Positions 10,822-20,996 of a DNA stretch of 64,000 nt are shown here, one piece after another. Position 1 is the stretch's first letter; each line of letters begins with the position of its first letter. Under the pieces are notes generated by a model that was given only the letters and a program-made list of their open reading frames with translations, ran no database searches and was not told the DNA's origin. The stretch is from a bacterium (GTDB lineage: Bacteria > SAR324 > NAC60-12), in contig CBDBHR010000029.1 of the NCBI GenBank assembly GCA_965205865.1, positions 256,001-320,000 of the forward strand, given 5' to 3'. The position numbers were made by a program, and so were the translations under genes.

Positions 10822-11354
10822 TAAATTTCGAACAAGGATTGCTTCTCCGTCTTTGCGCTTTATTCGGACTCCTTTGATTATGATACTCTCTTTGGTTCAA
10901 CAACGAGCTCGAACTGCAGGTGTTTACTGATTCTTAGAGGTTTTTTATGCATATTTTATTGGTATGAGCAGTGTTTGAAAGAAAATCTTTTCATTTTTAA
11001 AAATTAGGCTATAAGTGTATTCATTTAAAATGAGGGTCATATGTTAGACACTCAAAAATTGGTAAAGGGGCCGAGTGGTCCTCTAACCTGAACGGGACGC
11101 CCAGACTACTGTCAAATAAGTTGTTTGAATTACTGAAGCAACCCCATTTTATCAAGGGGGTACGGGTATTCGGTCAAACACTATGAAATTGCGCAAGTAA
11201 AAAATGTGGGGGTCCCGACGAATTTATTTTGATATTTTCGAGAAAGTCATCTATGAATATATCAGAATATCAAAGAAGCCGCCGAATAATAAATGAAAAA
11301 TGGTTATTCCGCAGCATCCTATTTTGCAAAACAATTTGAAGAGGCGAGTTTGTT

Positions 11355-11615
11355 ATGAATATTTATATAGGCAATTTACCTTATACGATCACTGAAGATG
11401 AATTAAAAGAATCTTTTAATTCATTTGGAGAAGTCTCCAGCGTAAACATCATCACCGATCGATTTTCCGGGCAGTCGAAAGGTTTTGGCTTTGTTGAAAT
11501 GCCCGAGGATTCGGAGGCTGAAGCTGCCATCAAGGCACTGGATGGGCAGGAGATTAAAGGACGTAACCTGAAAATCAACCAAGCCAGACCCCGCCGTGAA
11601 AATCAGCATCGATAA
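11355..11615 (+). CDS. RRM RNA-binding protein
   Basis: RNP2 IYIGNL and RNP1 KGFGFVEM; 86 aa. Confidence 0.95.
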   Translation: MNIYIGNLPYTITEDELKESFNSFGEVSSVNIITDRFSGQSKGFGFVEMPEDSEAEAAIKALDGQEIKGRNLKINQARPRRENQHR

Positions 11616-11712
11616 CCCACTTTTTGATATCTGACCCGAATGGCACTAAGATAAGAAATAATCGTAATGATTACAAAAGTTTAATCATAACGTTGATTAG
11701 AGGTAGAATCTG

Positions 11713-11781
11713 GTAGGGCCGGGTTAACCCCCGGCCGCTGCAAACCGCGCATTTCTTGGCCGGGACGTAACCCAGCTCTAC
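11713..11781. repeat. Inverted pair of GTAG-type REPs (REPIN/BIME-like)
   Basis: GTAGGGCCGGGTTAACCCCCGGCC and, on the other strand, GTAGAGCTGGGTTACGTCCCGGCC. Confidence 0.6.
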
Positions 11782-11945
11782 CGTTCTATTAATTCACTGT
11801 TATTATTGATGTTTTCCCTTATCTTAGTGCCATTCATATCTGACCCTGTTTCCTTCCGTTTCTGACCAGCGACAAAAGCGGATACTCTGGTAAATTCAAT
11901 ATGCCGGACGACGGCATATTGGGATCGTAAAGGGAATGTTTCAAA

Positions 11946-12392
11946 TTGATGAAGAGAAAAATGACGTGCAATTTTTTTGCATATGGGACTTTGATGTGTG
12001 AAGACATTCTTTCCGCAGTAATCGGATCTTGCTTGGCCGGTGCGAAAGGAAAACTGAAAGGTTACCGGAGAAAAACAATCAAGGGGGAAATTTTTCCCGG
12101 TATTGTTGCCAGTCCCGGAGAGGTGATCGAGGGGCGGATATATAAAAATTTGTCCGCGGTCGCATGGAAGCGGCTTGATTTGTTCGAAGGGCATCGCTAT
12201 CGCCGGGACTTCGTGGAAGTGGAGCTCTCGAGAGGAAGCGCCGAGCCGTCACAAACTTATGCGCTCAAACCAGAGTTTGCCGACCGGCTCAGTAACGAAG
12301 ATTGGAGTTTTGAAGAGTTTTTAAAATACAATAAGAAAAATTTTGAAGCAAAATACATTGGATTTGAAATACTCCATCAAACAAAAGTATGA
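11946..12392 (+). CDS. Gamma-glutamylcyclotransferase family (AIG2-like)
   Basis: FAYGTLM, FPGIV and LDLFEG..YRR motifs. Confidence 0.87.
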   Translation: MMKRKMTCNFFAYGTLMCEDILSAVIGSCLAGAKGKLKGYRRKTIKGEIFPGIVASPGEVIEGRIYKNLSAVAWKRLDLFEGHRYRRDFVEVELSRGSAEPSQTYALKPEFADRLSNEDWSFEEFLKYNKKNFEAKYIGFEILHQTKV

Positions 12393-12405
12393 ACCGAGTT
12401 GATAT

Positions 12406-12430
12406 CGTCCCTCCGGAAATCGGAGGGGCG
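12406..12430. terminator. Hairpin between convergent genes, probable terminator
   Basis: CGTCCCTCCG-gaaat-CGGAGGGGCG 10-bp stem; no clear U-tract. Confidence 0.45.
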
Positions 12431-12437
12431 GAACTCA

Positions 12438-13451
12438 TCACTCGTCTTCTGCCAGTTTAACGATCATTTTGCCGAAATTTTCCCCCTTGAATAGTCCAAG
12501 GAATGCATCTGGCGCCTGCTCCAGACCTTGCACCACCGTCTCCTTCCATTTTAGTTTTTCCTTTGAAATCCATTCCCCCATCTCTTTGAGAAATTGGGGG
12601 TACATGTCCCAGTAGGAAGAGACAATAAATCCTTGAATACGCAGTTGTCTTCCAATTGCCACGGCCAGATTCGGAGGTCCGGGGATGGGTTCATTGTACA
12701 TGGCAATCATGCCACACAAAGCAATTCGACCAAAAAGATTCATCAAATTCAAAGCTGCCACCAAATGGTCACCACCGACATTTTCAAAATAGACATCGAT
12801 GCCATCCGGACAGGCATCCGCAATCGCAGATTCCAGATCGTCCACGGACTTATAATTGATCGCCACATCCACGCCTGCTTCCTTTTCGAGCCAGGCTGCT
12901 TTTTCATGCGAGCCGGCACTTCCTACAACTCGACATCCCAGATTTTTTCCAATTTGACAAGCAACCGCACCCACAGCCCCGGAAGCTGCTGAGACTAAGA
13001 GGGTTTCTCCGGATTGAAGCTTTGCAATTTTCTTTAATCCGACATATGCGGTCATGCCAGGCATGCCCAGGGTTCCAAGAAAAGCAGACAGCGGTCCCAA
13101 AGAAGGATCGATTTTGGAGACTCCTGCTGCCGGACCCACCGAATGATCCCGCCATCCCAAATGAGTATTGACATAGTCTCCAACGGCAAAATCCGGAGAC
13201 TGGGACGCAATCACTTTACCAACTGCGCCACCGGTCATTGCTTCTCCAATTTTAAATGAGTCCGCATAACTCTTGGCATCTCGCATACGTCCTCGCATGT
13301 AGGGATCGACGGACATGTATAGATTTTTAACCAAGATCTCTCCAGGCTGAGGAACTGGAACCATAGTCTCCACCAATTCAAAATTTTCTGCAGAGGGTAA
13401 CTTTTCCGGTCGGCTCCTCAAACGAATTTCACGACTGTTGATTGTTGACAT
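12438..13451 (-). CDS. NADP-dependent oxidoreductase (MDR, prostaglandin reductase/CurA-like)
   Basis: SVDPYMRGRM, LGMPGMTAY, SAASGAVG, YFENVGG and GENFGK motifs. Confidence 0.93.
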   Translation of the reverse strand: MSTINSREIRLRSRPEKLPSAENFELVETMVPVPQPGEILVKNLYMSVDPYMRGRMRDAKSYADSFKIGEAMTGGAVGKVIASQSPDFAVGDYVNTHLGWRDHSVGPAAGVSKIDPSLGPLSAFLGTLGMPGMTAYVGLKKIAKLQSGETLLVSAASGAVGAVACQIGKNLGCRVVGSAGSHEKAAWLEKEAGVDVAINYKSVDDLESAIADACPDGIDVYFENVGGDHLVAALNLMNLFGRIALCGMIAMYNEPIPGPPNLAVAIGRQLRIQGFIVSSYWDMYPQFLKEMGEWISKEKLKWKETVVQGLEQAPDAFLGLFKGENFGKMIVKLAEDE

Positions 13452-13672
13452 TTTAATCTCCTTTATAGAATGGGTAGCCCTTTTGCGAAGGCCCTGAATG
13501 TGAACAAATTGAATGCAACTCTTATATCAAATTGAATTTTTTCTGCAAGGGGAAAAGGGCGCTGGTCATTGACCGGTTTTTATCTATGATGGCAAAATCC
13601 TGGTAGATTTCATTATCCCATTCAGTATCCTATCCATCTGACGATATTTCAAAACGTGTCTAAAATATGACT

Positions 13673-14041
13673 TTCGCTCCCAGAATAGCAAAGGCATCCT
13701 TCCAGCACAATATAATATTTAGAGGATGTCAATAGATTTTTTTACTCATCTTAACTCCTCAGTGGCGAGTGCTTGTCTCATCCTGGACTTGATCCTCGCT
13801 CTTCTCTATGTCAGTCCTTGAAAATACTGTGCAATCCTGCCCTTCTCGTCACGAAAAGCATGGGATTCAGAGCAAATCATTTCAAGGAGTGATGAGCACT
13901 CGGCACGCGTGAGATCTGAAAATAATCTGCATTAATTGTCAGTCAATCAATCCAATTATTGGAATAATTTTTGTGGTAAGTCAGGAATCTTCAGGATGTT
14001 TTTAAGTCCTTTTAGTAAATCCCTCCACTCTTGTTGATGTT
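13673..14041 (-). mobile_element. Partial copy of the 3' end and downstream flank of the transposon at 19.4-21.7 kb
   Basis: Near-identical to 19446-20066 apart from two indels; encodes the same C-terminus (EWRDL.KGLKNILKIPDLPQKLFQ*). Confidence 0.8.
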
Positions 14042-14349
14042 TTTGCATTATTATCTTGAAAATATCCTTTTTAGGATAAAAAGTGAAAAATGACCTGGAA
14101 TGGGGCATAAAATCACTTTTAATGAAAAAATACCCTCGAAAAATATTAGAAAAATTCTCACTCACACTGCCAACATCAAAAACTTTGAAATTCCTAAACG
14201 TTAAAAGTTTATCGCACATATCAGGATTTCCCGACTTGCAAATGCGAGGGCATAAAGGGGATTGTGCATGGATTTATGGAAATGGAATGTTCGAGGGCCA
14301 AAAACTGGGGAATGAATTCAGGCGGTTTTTGAGAGCTTAGACCAGACTA

Positions 14350-15201
14350 TTATGCGGGGTTCCGCCTCTCAAGGATGTTCTGCATGCGCTTTCGTATGGC
14401 GTCGTCGAATAGGGAGTCCTGCAAGATGTAGAAGCGCCCTTCGCGAATGCCCTGTAGTGTGATGTCGGCGACCTCGCTGGGTGGAGTACCGTCTTTGAAT
14501 TTCTGCTCAAGCCCCTCTCGCTCCGCTTCCGTCATTTCAGGCTCGCACTCGTTCTGTAGCTCTACCGGTCGATTCCTGGCCGAATCAACTATGGCGGTGT
14601 CGACAATGCTCGGGCACAGTACGGAAACCCCTACCTTCAACTCGTCGCGTCGTAGCTGCCGATACAGAGACTCGGATGTGGCCACGACGGCGTGTTTGCT
14701 GATGCCATAGAGTCGATTAGATGTGAACAGACCTGAGACAGAGGCGGTGTTGACGATGTGCACCTCTTCACCCTGCTCGATCATGACGGGCAAGAAGCTC
14801 AGAATACCGTGCACTACTCCCCAGAAGTTGACGCCAAGTACCCAGTCCCAATCTTTGGACGTCGCTCGTACGATGTCGCGCTGATCACCTACTCCTGCAT
14901 TGTTGCAGAGTATGTGTACCCCACCGTAGGCCTCCAAAGTCCGTTTCGCAAGATCGTTGACAGATTCGGCTTTGGAAACGTCGGTCAGTACACCGATGAC
15001 ATCATGTCCCTCATCCTTAAGCTCCTGTACCGACGCTTTCAGAGGGGCTTCTTCTACATCTGCCAGGACAACCTTCATGCCCTCATGAGCGAATCGGGTG
15101 GCTAGAGCACGCCCGATACCGCTGGCAGCCCCAGTTACCACCGCGACCTTGCCTTGAAATTCTCGTCTCTCTTTTCTCTCTCCTTTGCTCTTCCCATTCA
15201 T
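14350..15201 (-). CDS. Short-chain dehydrogenase/reductase (SDR)
   Basis: TGAASGIG, NNAG, NTAS and YGISK motifs. Confidence 0.93.
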   Translation of the reverse strand: MNGKSKGERKERREFQGKVAVVTGAASGIGRALATRFAHEGMKVVLADVEEAPLKASVQELKDEGHDVIGVLTDVSKAESVNDLAKRTLEAYGGVHILCNNAGVGDQRDIVRATSKDWDWVLGVNFWGVVHGILSFLPVMIEQGEEVHIVNTASVSGLFTSNRLYGISKHAVVATSESLYRQLRRDELKVGVSVLCPSIVDTAIVDSARNRPVELQNECEPEMTEAEREGLEQKFKDGTPPSEVADITLQGIREGRFYILQDSLFDDAIRKRMQNILERRNPA

Positions 15202-15230
15202 GGCATTTTTTCAAACCGAAGTGAACCGCT

Positions 15231-16133
15231 TCACCGATCACTACCCCTGAGCCTCGGGTCCAGCAGGTCCCTCATGGCGTCGCCGAACATGTTTAGACTG
15301 TAAATGACAATCGTCAGGCAAAGACCCGGCCAGAGAGCCAGGTGTGGCGCCATCTCCATGTACTGACGCCCTTCCTTGCTGAGCAGACCACCCCACTCAG
15401 GAATCCCGAGAGGCAGACCGTATCCGAGGAAGCTCAGAGCAGCGGCAGCCAGGATGTTGCCTCCTATGTTTACCGAGAAGATGATGATGACGACAGCGGC
15501 AATATTGGGGAGGACATGGCGGATAAATGTTCTCCATTTTGAGCAGCCAATCGCCTGCGCCGCCAGAAAGTAGTCATTCTCTTTAATGGCGATCACGGCG
15601 CCTCGGGGGACTCTGGAGCCGCCGATGCCTCCGGCGATCCCCAGGACCAGGATGATCTGTGGCACACCCCGCCCCACGAGGGACATGATGGTTAACAACA
15701 GCAGCAGTGCCGGGAAAGCCATCCAGGCATCGACAAAGCGCTGCACCACCAGGTCCACTTTCCCGCCAAGGAATCCTGAAATGCCGCCGATCAGGACAGC
15801 GACCAAAACATTCAATGTGGTCGCGGCCAGACCGACCGTTAACGAAATACGAGCCCCGTAGATCAGGCGGCTCAAGAAGTCTCGCCCCAAGTGGTCGGTA
15901 CCGAGGAGATACTGGGCTGATGAGCCAGTCAGCCTGTCTTCCAGGTGTGGTTCATCATAGGGATAAGGCGCCAAAACATCGGCAAAGATACTGACAAAAA
16001 TCAAGAGCAATGTGATCATCCCGCAGATCGTACCGAGGGGCTTCTCCTTGACCAGCCTGGTAAAGAAATCAGCCAGCCGGGTACGTCTCTTGGGCTCACT
16101 TACTGCTGATGGTATCTCTGTGGCATCACTCAT
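15231..16133 (-). CDS. Peptide/nickel ABC permease (DppC-like), paralogue 2
   Basis: LGTDHLGRD, LSFLGYG and GDAMRDLLDPR motifs. Confidence 0.93.
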   Translation of the reverse strand: MSDATEIPSAVSEPKRRTRLADFFTRLVKEKPLGTICGMITLLLIFVSIFADVLAPYPYDEPHLEDRLTGSSAQYLLGTDHLGRDFLSRLIYGARISLTVGLAATTLNVLVAVLIGGISGFLGGKVDLVVQRFVDAWMAFPALLLLLTIMSLVGRGVPQIILVLGIAGGIGGSRVPRGAVIAIKENDYFLAAQAIGCSKWRTFIRHVLPNIAAVVIIIFSVNIGGNILAAAALSFLGYGLPLGIPEWGGLLSKEGRQYMEMAPHLALWPGLCLTIVIYSLNMFGDAMRDLLDPRLRGSDR

Positions 16134-16148
16134 ACTCGTTTTTCCCCT

Positions 16149-17111
16149 TTATCGATAACGGACCCTGGGGTCTAAATAAGGATAAATCAGGTCAATCATG
16201 AGATTGCCCGCGATAACCGCGGTGGCGAAAAACAGGTTGACTCCGGAGACCACCGGGTAGTCTCTCTCTTCGAGTGCCGTCACCATGAGACGACCCAGCC
16301 CCGGCAGGTTAAAGATGTTCTCGATGATAACGGAGCCACCTACCAGGATCGGCAACTGCAGGCCTATTAGGGTAACTACCGGGATGAGCGCATTCTTGAT
16401 AGCGTGTCTCAGAACGACGACCTTCTCATTGAGACCCTTGGCCCAAGCCGTCCGGATATAGTCTTGCCGGAGCACCTCCAGCATCATGGTGCGCGTCATC
16501 CGCATGGTGGTTGCAGCCAGGGCCGTCCCCAGAATCAGGCTGGGAATGAGGAACACCCCGAGATTGCCCAGCGGGTCTTCGGAGAAAGGAATCCACTCCA
16601 TCGGTGGCGACCAACCCCACCAGATTGCCGGGTAGATCATGACCATCACTCCCAGCCAGAAGTTAGGCGTGGCCAGGCCGAGGATGGCGATGGTGCGCCC
16701 CGTGTAGTCGGCGGCCGTATCCTGGCGAATCGCCGAGTAGATGCCGACGGGCAGCGCGATCAAGAGCCCGATGACGATTGCCAGGACACCCAGCTCAAGG
16801 GTCACTGGCAATCTCCCGATGATCTTCTCCTCTATCGAAACAGTGCCGCCATGCAGTGATTCGCCAAGGGTGCCGTGCAGTAAAATATCTCCTATCCAGC
16901 GTCCATACTGCACGTAGAGCGGCACGTCTAATCCCAGCATACGCTCCAGAGCTTCACGGTCAACCCCCCCCTCAACATAGTGAATCATCCTCGCCACCAT
17001 GACGTCTATGACATCGCCGGGGATGAAGCGGACGGAGAGAAATACCAGGAGGCTCAAGATAAACAAGGTGGGAATGATCAGCAATAACCGCCTGATGATA
17101 TAGACTCTCAT
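16149..17111 (-). CDS. Peptide/nickel ABC permease (DppB-like), paralogue 2
   Basis: MRVYIIRRLL start, QDYIRTAWAKGL and LDPRVRY. Confidence 0.93.
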   Translation of the reverse strand: MRVYIIRRLLLIIPTLFILSLLVFLSVRFIPGDVIDVMVARMIHYVEGGVDREALERMLGLDVPLYVQYGRWIGDILLHGTLGESLHGGTVSIEEKIIGRLPVTLELGVLAIVIGLLIALPVGIYSAIRQDTAADYTGRTIAILGLATPNFWLGVMVMIYPAIWWGWSPPMEWIPFSEDPLGNLGVFLIPSLILGTALAATTMRMTRTMMLEVLRQDYIRTAWAKGLNEKVVVLRHAIKNALIPVVTLIGLQLPILVGGSVIIENIFNLPGLGRLMVTALEERDYPVVSGVNLFFATAVIAGNLMIDLIYPYLDPRVRYR

Positions 17112-17139
17112 GCCACACCCCTCCTCCTTCGTTGGAATC

Positions 17140-19020
17140 CTAATAACCCATCGACTCCTTCAGCTCCTGGTCAATCCAGACGCGGGCGGCGAGGACGGCG
17201 TCAAATCCCAGGTTTCCCAGCCAGTATTCTCCGTTAAGCCCTTTGACCCACGGCTGGTGCAGCGTGAACCACGGTGCTTCCACGCCCCACATTCTCCAGT
17301 GCTTCTCTATATTGTACATATTCAACTTTTCCACTATCCTCTCTTGCTCTTCTTCCGTGCTTGCCGCTGCTGCGGCTTTATACATGGCGTCATAATCTGG
17401 ATCCTCGACTGCGGAGGTGTTGGATTCATGATGAGATTGGTAGCGTGGGACCCCGTAGATAGGCGAAATCGACCTCATAGCCGTTTCCGTAGAGACCATT
17501 TCAAAAGTTCTAGCTTTTCTGATAGCGACGTTTTCCGGACCTGTCACTATCTGAAACTCTAGATCAATGCCAATTTTACCAAGGTATACTGCGACTAATT
17601 CTGCATAGCCCAAATCGTACCGTTCGTAGATGACCAACTTGGTCTTGAATCTGATGCCGTCGCTGCCGCGCTGGTACCCCGCCTCATCAAGGAGATTCTC
17701 GGCACCTTCCGGGTCATACATGTAGCCTTTCTTGAGCTCTTCGGGCCACTCTTCAAATGGGATGCCACCTGCTACATCGTTGGCTATCTGTCCCTGAGGT
17801 ATCCAGTTTCCCACCCCTATGTAGTAGGTCTTGTTAATGGTCTCAAGGTCCACTGCCATATTCATTGCCTGGCGCACCCGGATGTCGTTAAAGGGCGGCT
17901 TACTCACGTTCATGCCATAAGAATTGTTTGACCGGATATAATGCGTGTTTATCACGATTTCGGGGTCGGTCTGCTGCAGGCTCTCCATCTGGTCGATATT
18001 CTTTTGGACTGACCAGCCGCCGGAGCCGATCCAATCGAGCTTACCCGTGCGTAGTGCCGACAGAACTGTTGCGTCGTCAACTATAAACAGCATCCTTAAC
18101 TCGTCAGCATAGGGCAAGCGGTTCTCCGGGTATTTTTCGTCATAGCCCCAGTAGTTAGGATTTTTGGTATAGGTCCAAGAGCTGGCCTCGACAAAGTCAG
18201 TCAGCATCCAGGGTCCGGTGCCCACCAGGTTCTTCCAATCCTTAGAGTCGCCGTATTTCTTGATTACCTCAGGGGCGTATAGCCAACCCATAGCTTGAGG
18301 GTCGAGGAAAGACCGCAGCGCACGGACGTCTGGCTGCTTTAGCTTAACAACAACCGTATATTTGTCGGTGGCCGTTACCGATTCGACCTGCATCGTATCA
18401 AACCCGTCCCAACGGAGGTGGGGGCTACCTTCGGTGAAGCCGCTGCCCAGACCCAAATAGCGGTGATAGTTATACTCTACATCCTTGGCGGTTAGCTCAC
18501 GACCGTTCACAGGTGGTTTATCATGCCAGTGAACGCCCTTGCGGATGTGGAAGGTATAGGTGAGGCGGTCCGGGGAAATATCCCAGCTTTCAGCCAACGC
18601 CCCTGTTATGGCAGATAGAGGAATGGCTCCATTTGTCCAGCCCTGTTCGTCCCTATCTATTGCCCAGTTGCCGATGCCTAGCTTCTCCAGAAGACCATGG
18701 ACAAAGCCCATTGCCGTCCAGCCATAGTTATAATACGTGTCAGCAGTCGGAGGTTGGGAGCCCCGAGGCATGGTTAATGTCCCGCCATATTTTGGCGCTA
18801 CCACCACCTTGCCGGTACTGGGGTCCGTCACATACTTCTTCTCAGCAGCAACGGCTGCCAAACCAGTCCAAAGGACGATCAGACCCAGGATGAGGGCCAG
18901 CAGGGTTGCACTGAAGGTTGATTTGCTTTTTTGATTAAAAACAAGATTAAGAATTGATTTAAAGCCTGCTTTCTTTTCCGAAAGCACGTTGTCGAGGATT
19001 TCTCTAATAATTAGTTTCAT
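17140..19020 (-). CDS. ABC substrate-binding protein family 5, paralogue 2
   Basis: Hydrophobic signal segment; YGGTLT, LAESW, GVHWHD, GTGPW and RVRQAMNMAVD motifs. Confidence 0.92.
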   Translation of the reverse strand: MKLIIREILDNVLSEKKAGFKSILNLVFNQKSKSTFSATLLALILGLIVLWTGLAAVAAEKKYVTDPSTGKVVVAPKYGGTLTMPRGSQPPTADTYYNYGWTAMGFVHGLLEKLGIGNWAIDRDEQGWTNGAIPLSAITGALAESWDISPDRLTYTFHIRKGVHWHDKPPVNGRELTAKDVEYNYHRYLGLGSGFTEGSPHLRWDGFDTMQVESVTATDKYTVVVKLKQPDVRALRSFLDPQAMGWLYAPEVIKKYGDSKDWKNLVGTGPWMLTDFVEASSWTYTKNPNYWGYDEKYPENRLPYADELRMLFIVDDATVLSALRTGKLDWIGSGGWSVQKNIDQMESLQQTDPEIVINTHYIRSNNSYGMNVSKPPFNDIRVRQAMNMAVDLETINKTYYIGVGNWIPQGQIANDVAGGIPFEEWPEELKKGYMYDPEGAENLLDEAGYQRGSDGIRFKTKLVIYERYDLGYAELVAVYLGKIGIDLEFQIVTGPENVAIRKARTFEMVSTETAMRSISPIYGVPRYQSHHESNTSAVEDPDYDAMYKAAAAASTEEEQERIVEKLNMYNIEKHWRMWGVEAPWFTLHQPWVKGLNGEYWLGNLGFDAVLAARVWIDQELKESMGY

Positions 19021-19598
19021 TTTGACCTTTATTGTTATTTAGGTTGAAGAAATAATAATTCATTTTCGGCTGACGTGATTTCCTCATAGGCTGGCTCCTG
19101 ATAAGAAATGAATGAAAAAAGGACAGACGTCCATGATGTTCCAAATTCCCCCTTGACGTTCCGTTCCCGGAACGGGGAACGAAGGATCTTAAGGATCTCT
19201 CCCTGATGTCGAGATAATATAACATGACTTTCGGCTAAATAAATATTACATGACTTTCGGATATTTGAAAAATAATTTGCGTTTATATTAACAGGCGTAG
19301 AATATCAGTGAGATTGCAGACTAACTTGGTGACTAACCAGTTAAAACACTTCTTATAGCAATAAAGAAATTGACAGTTCATGGTTGTTGATTTAAATAAA
19401 AAATTCCTGGGCAGGCAAACTTATTTCCACTTTATTCACTTCTCCTTCGCTCCCAGAATAGCGAAAGCGTTCTTCCAGCACTACTACAACTTTGTTAAAT
19501 TAAGCAGCTTTTACGCAAAAATTTTCTTGAGCCTGCTTGTGTTTAGGATTATATAAAAATATTTAGAGGATGTCAATAGATTTTTTTTTGCTAATCTT

Positions 19599-19749
19599 TT
19601 GAAAACTCCGCAGATTTTTGAAGAGGATTGAAATAAATAAATGTTTTCAGTGGCTTAGCATTTTTTCCTTAGAAAACAATTAATTATCCATAACTAACTG
19701 ATAATATTATATTTTTTTCTGAAAGAGAAAAATTCTGCGGAGTTTTCAG
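19599..19749. mobile_element. MITE-like element with terminal inverted repeats and 7-bp target duplication
   Basis: TGAAAACTCCGCAGA...TCTGCGGAGTTTTCA, flanked by TAATCTT on both sides; absent from the paralogous copy near 13745. Confidence 0.65.
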
Positions 19750-19980
19750 TAATCTTAATTTTTTTTTTGCTCTTCTTAACTCCTCAGTTGCGAGTGCTCG
19801 TGTCATCCTGGACTTGATCCTCGCTCTTCTCTGTGTCAGTCCTTGAAAATACTGTGCAATCCTGCCCTTCTCGTCACGAAAAGCATGGGATTCAGAGCAA
19901 ATCATTTCAAGGACTGATGAGCACTCGGCACGCGTGAGATCTGAAAATAATCTGGATTAATTGTCAGTCAATCAATCCAA

Positions 19981-20996
19981 TTATTGGAATAATTTTTGTG
20001 GTAAGTCAGGAATCTTCAGGATGTTTTTAAGTCCTTTTGGTAAATCCCTCCACTCTTCTTGATGTTGTCCATTTCTTGACGCACGAGAGCAGCATCAATT
20101 TGAGCAAACCTCTCAACCAAGCTGCTTTTGCCTTTGAGCAAGATGTTCATCTATTGAGGATTGCTCAGGTTTTGGATGAGGGGTGTATCGGCGAGGATCG
20201 CTTTAAAGCTTTTCGTCAGGGAGGAGGTGCCACTTCTTTTACGTCCCTTACGTTTCTCTTCTCTAAAAAATTGCTCCATGGCATTGTTAGTGCGTTGTGG
20301 TTGGATCCATTGTTTGCTATGAGGGGTCTTCACTTCAATGGGATCGATGAAGAGTTTATCCCAATATTTGTCCATTTGCTGAGCCATTTTTTGGTAACCT
20401 TTGTCCTTTTCAGTGAAGGCGATGAACTCTTTTGATTGGCGAAATTCTTTCACTTTTTGTTCAATCTCCCGCAGATCGATAGTTTCGTCTCCCCGATCAT
20501 TGAGCCCTTGATCTGCTTGGGGCAATGCGATTCTCATGCGCCCTCTCAGTTGATCAAATACCGCACTCTTTTCGGTCACCTGCCGGGCCACATTGTGCAA
20601 TTCTGAGTCCCTGGCAATACTGCTGAAAATCCGCATCATTTGAGCAAATGCGGCCTTTTTAGGCAGATGCTTCTTGAGAGACTCAGCCAAAGGAATCACC
20701 ATTTTTATGCGTTGATAAAACAACAAGTGTTGTCGATCGAAGGGAAACCCTAATCCTTTCAGTTCTCTTTTGAATGCTAACATCCAGGCCACCATGAGGT
20801 AGGTTTTCACGACTGCTGAGAGTGATTCTTTGGGAACTCCCTGCTGATGTTGCTCCATAAAATGCGCGATCTCTTCCTGAAATTCAGGCCTTTGATTGAT
20901 GATCTGGAAGAGTTCTTTTTGAGCGGATCGAAAAAACGTGGCTCTCTCCAGCTCATCGAGATGCTGGCTTAAAGCGCCAAGGGCCTCAGAGCCCAA
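19981..20996 (-). pseudogene. Transposase of an unclassified IS (DDE-like C-terminus); internally deleted, with nonsense and frameshift lesions
   Basis: QPQRTNNAMEQFFREEKR resembles the RTNNxxExxxRxxK segment around the last DDE glutamate. TAG at 20151 interrupts an otherwise continuing frame; a frameshift near 20070 precedes the C-terminus shared with 13956-14041. Confidence 0.6.

Noticed and set aside
11040-11354. Riboswitch or thermosensor in the long leader of the RRM gene
   Set aside because: No recognisable aptamer consensus; cannot be supported without an Rfam search.
19783-20066. TnpB/IscB omega-RNA
   Set aside because: The adjacent protein shows no RuvC, HNH or zinc-finger motifs; it looks DDE-like.
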